Below, in pieces: positions 1 to 8,027 of a DNA stretch of 61,775 bases; positions within the stretch are counted from its first letter, which is position 1; each line of letters starts with the position of its first letter. The stretch comes from an uncultured Candidatus Saccharimonadales bacterium (lineage in GTDB: Bacteria; Patescibacteriota; Saccharimonadia; UBA4664): NCBI GenBank assembly GCA_964467655.1, contig CAYXSN010000010.1, positions 1 to 61,775 on the forward strand. Reading direction: 5' to 3'. The notes under the pieces are model-generated. The model was not told the origin of the DNA, did no database searches, and was given only the letters and a program-made list of their open reading frames with translations. The position numbers were made by a program, and so were the translations under genes.

Positions 1-59
1 CCTCCTAGTGTGAAGTTTAAATGGAAGGTGTTCAATATGTCGTGTCACAGTACGTCGGT

Positions 60-286
60 TTTGACATATCAGTGACGTCCTGCTAACCTAAAGCCTAATA
101 GCTGTGAAGGGGTTTCCCGCCCTGGAGCTGGCGGCGATGAGTCGTTCCGGGTTGCGCCCGTTATAGCGAAAATCAAGGTTTGCTGGGCGGCTGGTAAACA
201 AAGGCAAGATGGTACCACGAGCAACACCTCGTTCTTGCCCCCTCAAGCACATCGTATGCATGGCTTGGGCGGGTGGGAGCTTTTTA
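60..286 (+). promoter_or_regulatory. T-box-type leader (candidate Pro specifier) with antiterminator/terminator switch upstream of proS
   Basis: AGATGGTACCACGAG (207-221) resembles the T-box consensus GGTGGTACCGCGAG. Antiterminator: helix GGCAAGA 203-209 / TCTTGCC 233-239, bulge TGGTACCA 210-217, inner helix CGAG 218-221 / CTCG 228-231. Competing terminator: stem 231-248 / 263-280 followed by TTTTT 281-285. CCT followed by A at 87-90 is a possible specifier. Stem I was not verified. Confidence 0.6.
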
Positions 287-305
287 ATTATTGGAGACTA
301 TTGGT

Positions 306-2021
306 ATGCGCATGACGCAGTTGTTTGGACGACCAAGTAAGACTGAAGGTACTGACTACGAAATTATTTCACACAGGCTGCTGGTGCAGGCTGGTTTCAT
401 CAGGGAAAGTACGGCCGGGCGTTACTTCATGCTGCCACTGGGTATGGCAGTGCATCATAAAGTATCCGATGTCGTGAGGCGTCAGATGAATAAGACGGGT
501 GCTCAGGAAATGGTGACCCCGGTATTGCACCCCTTAGAGCTGTGGGCCGAGACCAACCGTACTACGACGGCGGGTTTTGAGCTCATGAAAGTGCGAGACC
601 GGCGGGGCGCCGATTTTGCCCTCGGTGGTACGGCCGAAGAAATGGCTGTTGATGTCGTGCGCAAATTTAACCTCAGTTACAAAGACCTGCCGTTTCATAT
701 CTACCAGTTTTCAATGAAATTCCGGGATGAAATGAGGGCGCGTGGGGGTCTGCTCAGGGTGCGGGAATTTGTGATGAAGGACGGCTACAGTTTTTCGACC
801 AAAGAGCAATTTAAAGCCATCTACGATGGTATGAGGGATTGTTATACGGCGATTTTCAAGGAACTGGGCCTTGAAACCGATGTGGTGGCAGCTGATAACG
901 GCTACATTGGCGGCGAATACTGCCATGAGTTTGTGGCTCGGGCCGACAGCGGCGAGAGCCGCTATTTTGTGGATGAAAGAACCGGCTATGCTGCGCACGA
1001 AGATGTCGCCCAGTTTGAGCTTGATGCACCCAACACCGAGGAGGCTTTGCGGCCCATGAAGCCAGTGGAAGCTCGACGCGGCCGGACCATGAAAGACGGC
1101 ATTGCCCATCATGGCCTAGAAGACTGGCGTCAGATCAAAGACGTGTTATTTGTGGACGAACCCAGTGACAGGTACATTTTGGCAGTTATCAGGGGTGATT
1201 TGGACGTCAACGAAACTAAACTCATGCAACTGGCGAAAGCCTGGGGTTTGAGGCTGGCAACCGATGACGAGGTCCGGCACGATGTGGGCAGTGAGCCTGG
1301 GTTTTTGTCGCCGGTGGCTATTGCCAAAAAAGGCCTTAAGACGGGACGCCGCATTGTGGTGGCGGCCGACGCGAGCCTCAAGCCAATCCGCAACATGTAT
1401 GGTGGTGCCAACGCCAAGCATCAGGATTTGGTGGATATTAACTATGGCCGTGACTGGGAGCCCGACATCGAAGGTGATATTGCTATGGCCAAGGCCGGTA
1501 TGAAAAGTGCCGATGGAGGCAAGCTGGTTGAACGGCGGGGCATTGAGGTAGGCAACATTTTTCAGTTGGGCTATCACTACACTAAACTGATGAGCGGGGC
1601 TGAATATACTGATGCCAGTGGTGTCCGGCAGCCGTATTACATGGGCTGCTATGGTATTGGTATCGGCCGGACAATGGCCGCTATCGTGGAGGCGCACCAC
1701 GATGAACGCGGGATTATTTGGCCCGCGGCGATTGCTCCCTACGCGGCGAGTGTTGTCCGGCTGGGTGAGGGTCAAGATGTCGTGCAGGCGGCCGACGAAC
1801 TCGTGGCCACGTTGGAGGCGGCTGGACTCGATGTATTGTATGACGACAGGGATGCCACAGCTGGTGTTAAATTTGCCGATGCCGATTTGATCGGGTTGCC
1901 CTGGCGTATTACCGTGAGTGCCAAGACTTTGGCCGCTGGTCATAAAGCTGAGCTTAAGCGCCGGACGGCAAGCGAGACTGAGCTGGTGGCTCTGGCGGAT
2001 GTTACTGCCATGTTGACGTAG
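306..2021 (+). CDS. proS: prolyl-tRNA synthetase, bacterial type with insertion domain
   Basis: The 576-aa ORF is typical ProRS throughout (SHRLLVQAGFIRE, class II motifs, C-terminal anticodon-binding domain). I prefer the ATG at 306 (MRMTQLF), 8 nt after GGAGA 293-297, over the TTG at 291. Confidence 0.95.
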   Translation: MRMTQLFGRPSKTEGTDYEIISHRLLVQAGFIRESTAGRYFMLPLGMAVHHKVSDVVRRQMNKTGAQEMVTPVLHPLELWAETNRTTTAGFELMKVRDRRGADFALGGTAEEMAVDVVRKFNLSYKDLPFHIYQFSMKFRDEMRARGGLLRVREFVMKDGYSFSTKEQFKAIYDGMRDCYTAIFKELGLETDVVAADNGYIGGEYCHEFVARADSGESRYFVDERTGYAAHEDVAQFELDAPNTEEALRPMKPVEARRGRTMKDGIAHHGLEDWRQIKDVLFVDEPSDRYILAVIRGDLDVNETKLMQLAKAWGLRLATDDEVRHDVGSEPGFLSPVAIAKKGLKTGRRIVVAADASLKPIRNMYGGANAKHQDLVDINYGRDWEPDIEGDIAMAKAGMKSADGGKLVERRGIEVGNIFQLGYHYTKLMSGAEYTDASGVRQPYYMGCYGIGIGRTMAAIVEAHHDERGIIWPAAIAPYAASVVRLGEGQDVVQAADELVATLEAAGLDVLYDDRDATAGVKFADADLIGLPWRITVSAKTLAAGHKAELKRRTASETELVALADVTAMLT

Positions 2022-2030
2022 TGGCGCCCG

Positions 2031-2765
2031 CTATGGCGTGGCATATTTTTCAATAAAACGCCGCAAAAATTTTTCAGGCTCTGTGATAACTGCAGATCTG
2101 GCAACCTGTACTAGACTATCGACTTCATGGGGCTCAAAATAGCCGGCGTGTTGGTAGATATTGACGCGTAACTCCAGACCGTGAGCATCAAGTTCCGGAT
2201 GGAACTGAGTGGCATAAACATTGCGCCCGATCCTGAATAATTGAACTGGGCAGGTGGCCGAGCCAGCTAATAATACTGCTTGTTGAGGCAGGACTTCGCA
2301 AGCTTCTTTGTGCCCAACAAAGGCTTCAAAGCTGACGGGTAATTCAGCGAGGAGTGGATCGGTGTGGCCTTCGTCGGTTTTGGTGATGGTGACGGGTCCG
2401 ACACTTTCGGCATATCGGCGGCTGACAACCCCGCCGAGGGCGTTAGTGAGTAGGCCGACGCCCAGGCAGGCCCCCAAGAACGGAAAGTCTTTGTCGACGA
2501 TTTCCTGAAGTAGGCGGTACAATTTGGGTTCAAATTCTAATTCGGCAGAGGATTTTTTGTGGACAGGATCGGTAACATTACCGGGGCCACCACCCAAGAT
2601 GATGCCCGAATAATCTTCGAGATTCATGTCGCCCAGTTCACCCTGGTGCATTGCAATGCGTTGTAATTGATGGGATTCTAGGCCACCGAACTGACGAAAG
2701 GCCTCGTATTCGTTGTCGGCGGCGGCAGTTTCGGGTCGGCTTTGCAGAAGTAAAAATGGTTTCAT
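2031..2765 (-). CDS. class I glutamine amidotransferase-like protein
   Basis: GATase1 fold signatures: nucleophile elbow GACLG, and FHPE near the C-terminus. Its ATGA start/stop overlap with the upstream M20 gene suggests translational coupling. Confidence 0.8.
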   Translation of the reverse strand: MKPFLLLQSRPETAAADNEYEAFRQFGGLESHQLQRIAMHQGELGDMNLEDYSGIILGGGPGNVTDPVHKKSSAELEFEPKLYRLLQEIVDKDFPFLGACLGVGLLTNALGGVVSRRYAESVGPVTITKTDEGHTDPLLAELPVSFEAFVGHKEACEVLPQQAVLLAGSATCPVQLFRIGRNVYATQFHPELDAHGLELRVNIYQHAGYFEPHEVDSLVQVARSAVITEPEKFLRRFIEKYATP

Positions 2766-3898
2766 CGTTTAGCCCATTCCTCGGTAAATTGTTTGATGAT
2801 TTGGTAGTAGACGGTTAAGTCCTCAAGGTCTATCCATTCATTATCTGAATGATGATCGCCACCGGTGGCTCGAGCAGCTATTACTTGGATGCCGACTGGT
2901 ATAAAATGCCGGGCGTCAGAGCTGGCATGAGATAGCGATGACGACAGTTTTTGACCTCTCACCGTTTCGGCGATTCGACTGAAGTGCCGCAGTGCTCCAT
3001 CATAGTGCAATTCAAAGCCTGGCTCGGCGACCAGCTGTGTCAATGTAATACCTGGGTGCTGCGCGGCTACGGCTTCGAGCTCTTGGTGCTTGGTACCAAT
3101 GAGTTCATCTGGCAGCAAACGGAGGTCGAGATGGGCGATGGCTTTATCGGGGACCTGATTGGCAATGCTGCCACCGGCGATTGTGCCGACATTCAGGGTA
3201 CCATGTGCATGGTGTTCATCACCGCAGGGCTCGCTGGGATACTGGCTAGCCAGCGTATCAATAAAGGCCGTGAGTTTTGTAATGGCATTATCACCGTTCC
3301 AGGGTCGTGAACCATGAGCAGATGTGCCGGTGGCGGTCACTTCATACCACATGATCCCTTTGGATTTTGGTTCAATATCCCAATTTTTACCTGCGTCTGG
3401 GAGTACCATGGCCTCACCTCGATAGCCGCCGTCGACGAGCCAGTGGGCGCCATCAAAGCCGCCCACTTCTTCATCGCAGGTAATCATGAAGCCAAGGTCG
3501 TAGCTGGCCAAATTCTGGCCTAATGTTTGCAGGAGATGGATAAATACGGCCAACGCTGATTTCATATCTGAAGCACCCCGACCATAGAGCCTGGTGTCTT
3601 CGATTCTAGGCTCAAACACCCTAGCGGGGCCTGGTACAACATCCATATGGCCGGCCAACCATAGGCGAGGGGCCTTGGGGTCGGGTGTACCTGATGTTGT
3701 GGCAATGAGAGCTGGCACCTGCTGGTTGGTCAGGCGACGGATATGCAGCGGGAGACCAGCGAGCTGGTTTTCGACCCAATCGAGGGCAGCGGCGTTGGTG
3801 GCTCGGTCTGCCGATACAGTGGGCATCCGAATGAGGTGCTCAAGCAGGCTGGTAATGGCGGACTGATCTGACGGTTGGATGTTTATGGTTTTAGACAT
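2762..3898 (-). CDS. M20 family metallopeptidase (ArgE/DapE/dipeptidase-like)
   Basis: GHMDVVPG, GRGASDMKS and CDEEVGG metal-ligand motifs typical of M20. TATAAT lies about 17 nt upstream of the ATG. Confidence 0.85.
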   Translation of the reverse strand: MSKTINIQPSDQSAITSLLEHLIRMPTVSADRATNAAALDWVENQLAGLPLHIRRLTNQQVPALIATTSGTPDPKAPRLWLAGHMDVVPGPARVFEPRIEDTRLYGRGASDMKSALAVFIHLLQTLGQNLASYDLGFMITCDEEVGGFDGAHWLVDGGYRGEAMVLPDAGKNWDIEPKSKGIMWYEVTATGTSAHGSRPWNGDNAITKLTAFIDTLASQYPSEPCGDEHHAHGTLNVGTIAGGSIANQVPDKAIAHLDLRLLPDELIGTKHQELEAVAAQHPGITLTQLVAEPGFELHYDGALRHFSRIAETVRGQKLSSSLSHASSDARHFIPVGIQVIAARATGGDHHSDNEWIDLEDLTVYYQIIKQFTEEWAKR

Positions 3899-3939
3899 GG
3901 TGGAAATATCGGATTATTATAACAATAATGACATGTTTT

Positions 3940-3987
3940 GGCACCGGAATTGACCTTTTGCCTTGTGGGCGGGTCAATTCCGGTGCC
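3940..3987. repeat. perfect 16-bp inverted repeat with 16-nt spacer between the ligase and M20 genes
   Basis: GGCACCGGAATTGACC 3940-3955 and its exact reverse complement GGTCAATTCCGGTGCC 3972-3987. There is no flanking U-tract on either strand. Confidence 0.85.
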
Positions 3988-4046
3988 GGTTGGACTTCTG
4001 GCGGCCTTGTGAGCCAGCAAAAGTCCATTCGGGTTGACGAGAGGAG

Positions 4047-5417
4047 CTAGTAGGAGAGGGGCCAGGTTGCAACTGCCGGACCAAGGCCGCCGCAGCTCTG
4101 TCTGAGGTAGTGGGTTGTGGCAGCTTGGGGCCCGTACCGGGTGATGGTTTGGCCCAGCCAACTGGCGGCGGTCTGGCCGTTTGCTAGCCGGTACCTGATA
4201 ACATCCAAGTGGGCTTGAGCCTCGGCTGGATCAACACCATTGGCAATGAGCGCGGTTTGCGCCTCGTCTACTAATTGTGGCAACACCTCGTTGACAGCTG
4301 TAGGATGCTGTGGTGTGCCATGATGATTGTAGCTGAACTGGGCGTTGAGGCCATTGCGGGCGGCTGCGTAGAAGCTATCTTTCACTCTGGCCAGCGCCAA
4401 GTTTTGGGTGATGCCGGTGATTAGCTGGTAGTAATGCAAAGTCAAACCGACCAGAAAAGCTGCATTGGCGGCCATGTCTGTGGCTGTGGGGCCGGTACTC
4501 AGAGGTCTGATCTCCAGTGTTAAGGCGTTCTCGAACATGACCGGCCTGATCCATCGCCATACTGTACCGTGCAGTAGCTTGAAAGCTGACAGTGGATCGA
4601 TATCGGGAGTGAGGATGGGGCTGTAGGTCATACTCCAACGGAATGGGTCGAGTGCGCTTTTGGCCCATATGTCACCAAAGAAAGCCCGGTCATTGGTGGC
4701 TTGTTCGAAGACGGGGATCCTGGTTTCGGCTCCCCAACGTTCACCGAGTAGGTAGGGCGACCCGCCGCTGGCTGCCAGGACGTATGGTGCGGCTAGGTGA
4801 GCAGCATTAAACATGCCGGCTAACTGATCGGCTCCCACAGACAGGTGAACTTGGAGCGAGGCATTGGCGCCTTCGATGTCGAGCCGGTTATCGCCCTTGA
4901 AGTTGGCGCCAGCGGCACCGAGACGATTGGGGGTTCTCGGGCACTGAGCTGCTGCCCAACGTCTCAACTGGTGGTAGCGCGGGTTGGCAGAGTAGTTTTG
5001 GGCTACGAGCATGCGCGCTGTCATCGTGGGCGCAATACCCATGAAGCCAATACGACCGTTGAGCTGACTGGCAGCGGCCGTCAATGCTGCCAGTCTTTGC
5101 GTAATCGTGGCAATGAACTGACTGAAAGGCCGACCAGCCAGTGAGAAGGCGGGTACATTGATCTCGAAGTGGCAGGCCATGAGCTCGGCAACAATGTCGT
5201 TGGGCAAACCGGGCGAGGCGAGCACTGAGTTTGCGATGAAGGCCGGATTGCCTGAGCCTGTAAAGAAGCTACCTTCGACCTCGGCACCCAACGTGTGGCT
5301 CGAAGTCGGATAATGACCATCTAGCAGCCTCTTGGCTAACAGACCATAGCCTTGGGCGGCCCGGGCCAGATAGGTGTTGGCCGTGAGCTGGCCAGTTGCG
5401 ACAGTGGGGGCAGCCAT
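4047..5417 (-). CDS. glutamate-cysteine ligase family 2 (GCS2) / carboxylate-amine ligase-like protein
   Basis: GAEVEG, CHFEINV and QVHLSV...AASGGSPYLLGERWGAETRIPVFE match the GCS2/YbdK pattern. Start chosen at ATG 5417 (MAAPTV), preceded by AGAGGAG. The longer ORF to 5534 lacks a ribosome-binding site. Confidence 0.7.
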   Translation of the reverse strand: MAAPTVATGQLTANTYLARAAQGYGLLAKRLLDGHYPTSSHTLGAEVEGSFFTGSGNPAFIANSVLASPGLPNDIVAELMACHFEINVPAFSLAGRPFSQFIATITQRLAALTAAASQLNGRIGFMGIAPTMTARMLVAQNYSANPRYHQLRRWAAAQCPRTPNRLGAAGANFKGDNRLDIEGANASLQVHLSVGADQLAGMFNAAHLAAPYVLAASGGSPYLLGERWGAETRIPVFEQATNDRAFFGDIWAKSALDPFRWSMTYSPILTPDIDPLSAFKLLHGTVWRWIRPVMFENALTLEIRPLSTGPTATDMAANAAFLVGLTLHYYQLITGITQNLALARVKDSFYAAARNGLNAQFSYNHHGTPQHPTAVNEVLPQLVDEAQTALIANGVDPAEAQAHLDVIRYRLANGQTAASWLGQTITRYGPQAATTHYLRQSCGGLGPAVATWPLSY

Positions 5418-5458
5418 GAGTGGCTCCTCTCGAATTGTGAAGGATACATAGTCCAAAT

Positions 5459-5484
5459 CAAAACCGCTCCGGTTCGGGAGCGGT
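5459..5484 (-). terminator. intrinsic terminator-like hairpin in the 5' leader of the ligase gene
   Basis: On the minus strand, ACCGCTCC-CGAACC-GGAGCGGT is followed by TTTGATTTGG, about 45 nt upstream of the ligase ATG. Confidence 0.45.
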
Positions 5485-5509
5485 GGCTTTGGCTTAACGT
5501 TGGTTTGGA

Positions 5510-5602
5510 CTAAACGTGTGACCGGCCACCACAAGGCAGCAGAATAATCTCGGCCAGCAACAGAGCTTGGCGGTTTATTTGGCTGGAAGTGGTAACGGTC
5601 AT
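5510..5602 (-). CDS. candidate leaderless 30-codon upstream ORF (MTVTTSSQINRQALLLAEIILLPCGGRSHV)
   Basis: Minus-strand promoter TTGCAC (5638-5633), 17-nt spacer, TACACT (5615-5610), then 7 nt, then ATG at 5602. The stop lies 26 nt before the terminator hairpin. Confidence 0.3.
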   Translation of the reverse strand: MTVTTSSQINRQALLLAEIILLPCGGRSHV

Positions 5603-5660
5603 GGGATTAAGTGTACCGAGATTTATGGGTCCGTGCAAGTTGTTTTTGGCATATCTTACC

Positions 5661-5690
5661 TTGATGCTATCTGCAGGCGGCTGGTACACT
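5661..5690 (+). promoter_or_regulatory. mreB promoter (TTGATG-18-TGgTACACT), with the -10 box 7 nt from the ATG
   Basis: TTGATG 5661-5666, TACACT 5685-5690 with an upstream TG, ATG at 5698. No Shine-Dalgarno sequence at a usable distance. Confidence 0.45.
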
Positions 5691-5697
5691 TGGTGGT

Positions 5698-6750
5698 ATG
5701 ATTAATCGTTTGCTGGGCCGCGTGTCACATGATGTGGGTATCGACTTAGGTACTGCCAATACCCTGGTGTATGTGCGGGGTAAGGGCATTGTGATTAATG
5801 AGCCGAGCGTGGTGGCTATGAATGTCAAAACCAAGCAGGTGTTGGCGATTGGTGATGAGGCCAAGAAAATGGTCGGCAAAACCCCGGCAAACATTGTGGC
5901 CACCCGTCCTTTGGTTGACGGTGTGGTGAGCGATTTTGAAGTGACAGAGCAAATGCTCAAGTACTTTATCAACAAAGTCCACAAAGAAACCTATAGCCTC
6001 TGGCCACGGCCGCGGGTGGTAGTGGGTATTCCCTCAGGAGTGACCGAAGTGGAAAAGCGAGCGGTCGAAGACGCTGCTACCAACGCCGGGGCCCGGCAGA
6101 CCTTTTTGATTGAGGAGCCAATGGCGGCGGCGATTGGTAGCCGCTTGCCGATCCAGGATGCGGCTGGCAGCATGATTGTTGATATTGGCGGTGGTACGAC
6201 CGAGGTGGCCATCATCAGTCTGGGCGGCATTGTGGCTAGCCGAAGCTTGCGTATTGCCGGCGACGAACTGAGTGATGATATCATCCAGTATGCCCGGGAA
6301 GAATTTAATTTGCAGATAGGTGAGCGGACAGCTGAAAATATTAAGATTGCTATAGGCTCGACCTCGCCAATTACTGGTTTGAAAGATGTGCCCATGAGAG
6401 GGCGCGACCTCGTAACCGGCTTGCCCAAAGAAATAATGATCACTCCCGACCAAGTGCGGGCGGCATTGGCCCGCAGCATCAGGGAAATTGTGGACGCCGT
6501 GAAACTTACCATCGAAGAAACGCCACCGGAACTAGTGGCCGACATCATGGAACGAGGTATTTATCTGGCAGGGGGAGGGGCATTACTGAAAGGGCTTGAT
6601 GCGACGTTGCGCCGTGAGACTAAGATGCCTGTGAATATTGCCGAAGATCCTCTGACGGCCGTAGCTCGGGGGACTGGCTTGGTGCTTGAAGACATTGATG
6701 CCCTCAAAGACGTGCTTGTGCCGACCCAGTTCGGTAAGATTCCGCGATGA
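5698..6750 (+). CDS. mreB: rod shape-determining protein MreB
   Basis: Actin-like ATPase motifs DLGTANT and DIGGGTTE. Full-length MreB similarity, followed by mreC and mreD. Confidence 0.97.
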   Translation: MINRLLGRVSHDVGIDLGTANTLVYVRGKGIVINEPSVVAMNVKTKQVLAIGDEAKKMVGKTPANIVATRPLVDGVVSDFEVTEQMLKYFINKVHKETYSLWPRPRVVVGIPSGVTEVEKRAVEDAATNAGARQTFLIEEPMAAAIGSRLPIQDAAGSMIVDIGGGTTEVAIISLGGIVASRSLRIAGDELSDDIIQYAREEFNLQIGERTAENIKIAIGSTSPITGLKDVPMRGRDLVTGLPKEIMITPDQVRAALARSIREIVDAVKLTIEETPPELVADIMERGIYLAGGGALLKGLDATLRRETKMPVNIAEDPLTAVARGTGLVLEDIDALKDVLVPTQFGKIPR

Positions 6751-7541
6751 GACGGCGAAACTGGCTCAACCGGATTCTGATACTGGTAGCGATTGTGGGG
6801 ATTTTGGTGGTACTCGATCGTTTGCAGATGCTGGGTCCGGTGCATTGGCTTTGGGCCAGAACCTTTGTGCCGGCCGGCAGTTTAATTGCCGGAGGTGGCC
6901 ATAGTGTTGGCCAGACTTGGCAGAATTGGACGCATATCAAGGACTTGGCAGCCGAAAACAGCCGTTTGGAGTTGGAAAATGCCAATTTGCGGCAAAGACT
7001 GGCTGCCGATGCTGAAACCCAGCGTGACAATGAAATGTTGCGTCGGGAATTGGGATTGTCGGCGGCGGCCGTTATTAAACAAATAAATGCCGAAGTGGTG
7101 GCAGCAGCGCCCGATTCATACCGGCAATACGCCTGGATTAATAAAGGCAGCAGCGATGGGTTCAAAAACGGTTTAGCGGTTATGAGCTCTGGGGCACTGG
7201 TGGGGGTTCTCAGTGAAGTTCAAGCTCATTCAGCCCGGGTTACGCTGGTGAGTGATCCCGATTTCAGATTAGCGGCCAAAGACCAGGATACCAATGCGGC
7301 TGGCATCGTCATGGGCCAGTTGGGAGGAGGGTTAGTTTTAGAAAAAATTGGCCAGTCAGATACCGTTAAACCAGGTGATACCGTGACAACGAGTGGTTTG
7401 GGTGGAGATATTCCCACTGGATTGTTTATTGGCCAGATTGAGTCAGTTGATGCTCAATCTGACGTTGTTTTTCAGTCGGCTCGGCTCGTATCGAGTATCA
7501 AACCCAGGGACTTACGTTTTGTGGCTGTAGTTTTGCCATGA
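6747..7541 (+). CDS. mreC: rod shape-determining protein MreC
   Basis: N-terminal TM segment, a coiled-coil segment (LENANLRQRL) and a beta-rich C-terminal domain. ATGA overlap with mreB. Confidence 0.85.
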   Translation: MRRRNWLNRILILVAIVGILVVLDRLQMLGPVHWLWARTFVPAGSLIAGGGHSVGQTWQNWTHIKDLAAENSRLELENANLRQRLAADAETQRDNEMLRRELGLSAAAVIKQINAEVVAAAPDSYRQYAWINKGSSDGFKNGLAVMSSGALVGVLSEVQAHSARVTLVSDPDFRLAAKDQDTNAAGIVMGQLGGGLVLEKIGQSDTVKPGDTVTTSGLGGDIPTGLFIGQIESVDAQSDVVFQSARLVSSIKPRDLRFVAVVLP

Positions 7542-8026
7542 GATGGTGGTGGCCGGTTGTATTGGTGGCGGCGTGGCTCCAGTTGTCGTGGCTGTCATTT
7601 ATCCAGCCCTTTGGTGTGGTGCCTAATCTGGTATTGGCTACGATTGTACTGGCCGCCTTGAGGTTGCCTGCCAGCACCGCGGTCAGCTTGGCCATAACTG
7701 GTGGCCTTATCCTTGATCTGGCGGGAGAAAGCTGGTTTGGTTGGTCGATGGCAGTATTGGTGGCAGTGGTGCTGGCGATTGGATTCGTGAATACCAAAGT
7801 GGGCTGGGAGCTTGATGGCTGGTGGGTGCCAGTGATGCTTATGGCTGCCGCTACTACCATTATGACATTGGGTATTTGGTTATCGGTGCTCGTGAATGGT
7901 GGCCAGGTTGGCTGGACTGTCGTGCCAGTGAAGTTGATGATTGAGCTGGCAGCTAATACAGTAGTAGTATTGGCTGGTCGAGCATTTTTGAGTAGGTATT
8001 GGCCGAGTCGGGGGGTCACAAACTAA
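7538..8026 (+). CDS. mreD: rod shape-determining protein MreD
   Basis: Small polytopic membrane protein in the canonical position after mreC. Start overlaps the mreC stop. Confidence 0.7.
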   Translation: MRWWWPVVLVAAWLQLSWLSFIQPFGVVPNLVLATIVLAALRLPASTAVSLAITGGLILDLAGESWFGWSMAVLVAVVLAIGFVNTKVGWELDGWWVPVMLMAAATTIMTLGIWLSVLVNGGQVGWTVVPVKLMIELAANTVVVLAGRAFLSRYWPSRGVTN

Positions 8027-8027
8027 T

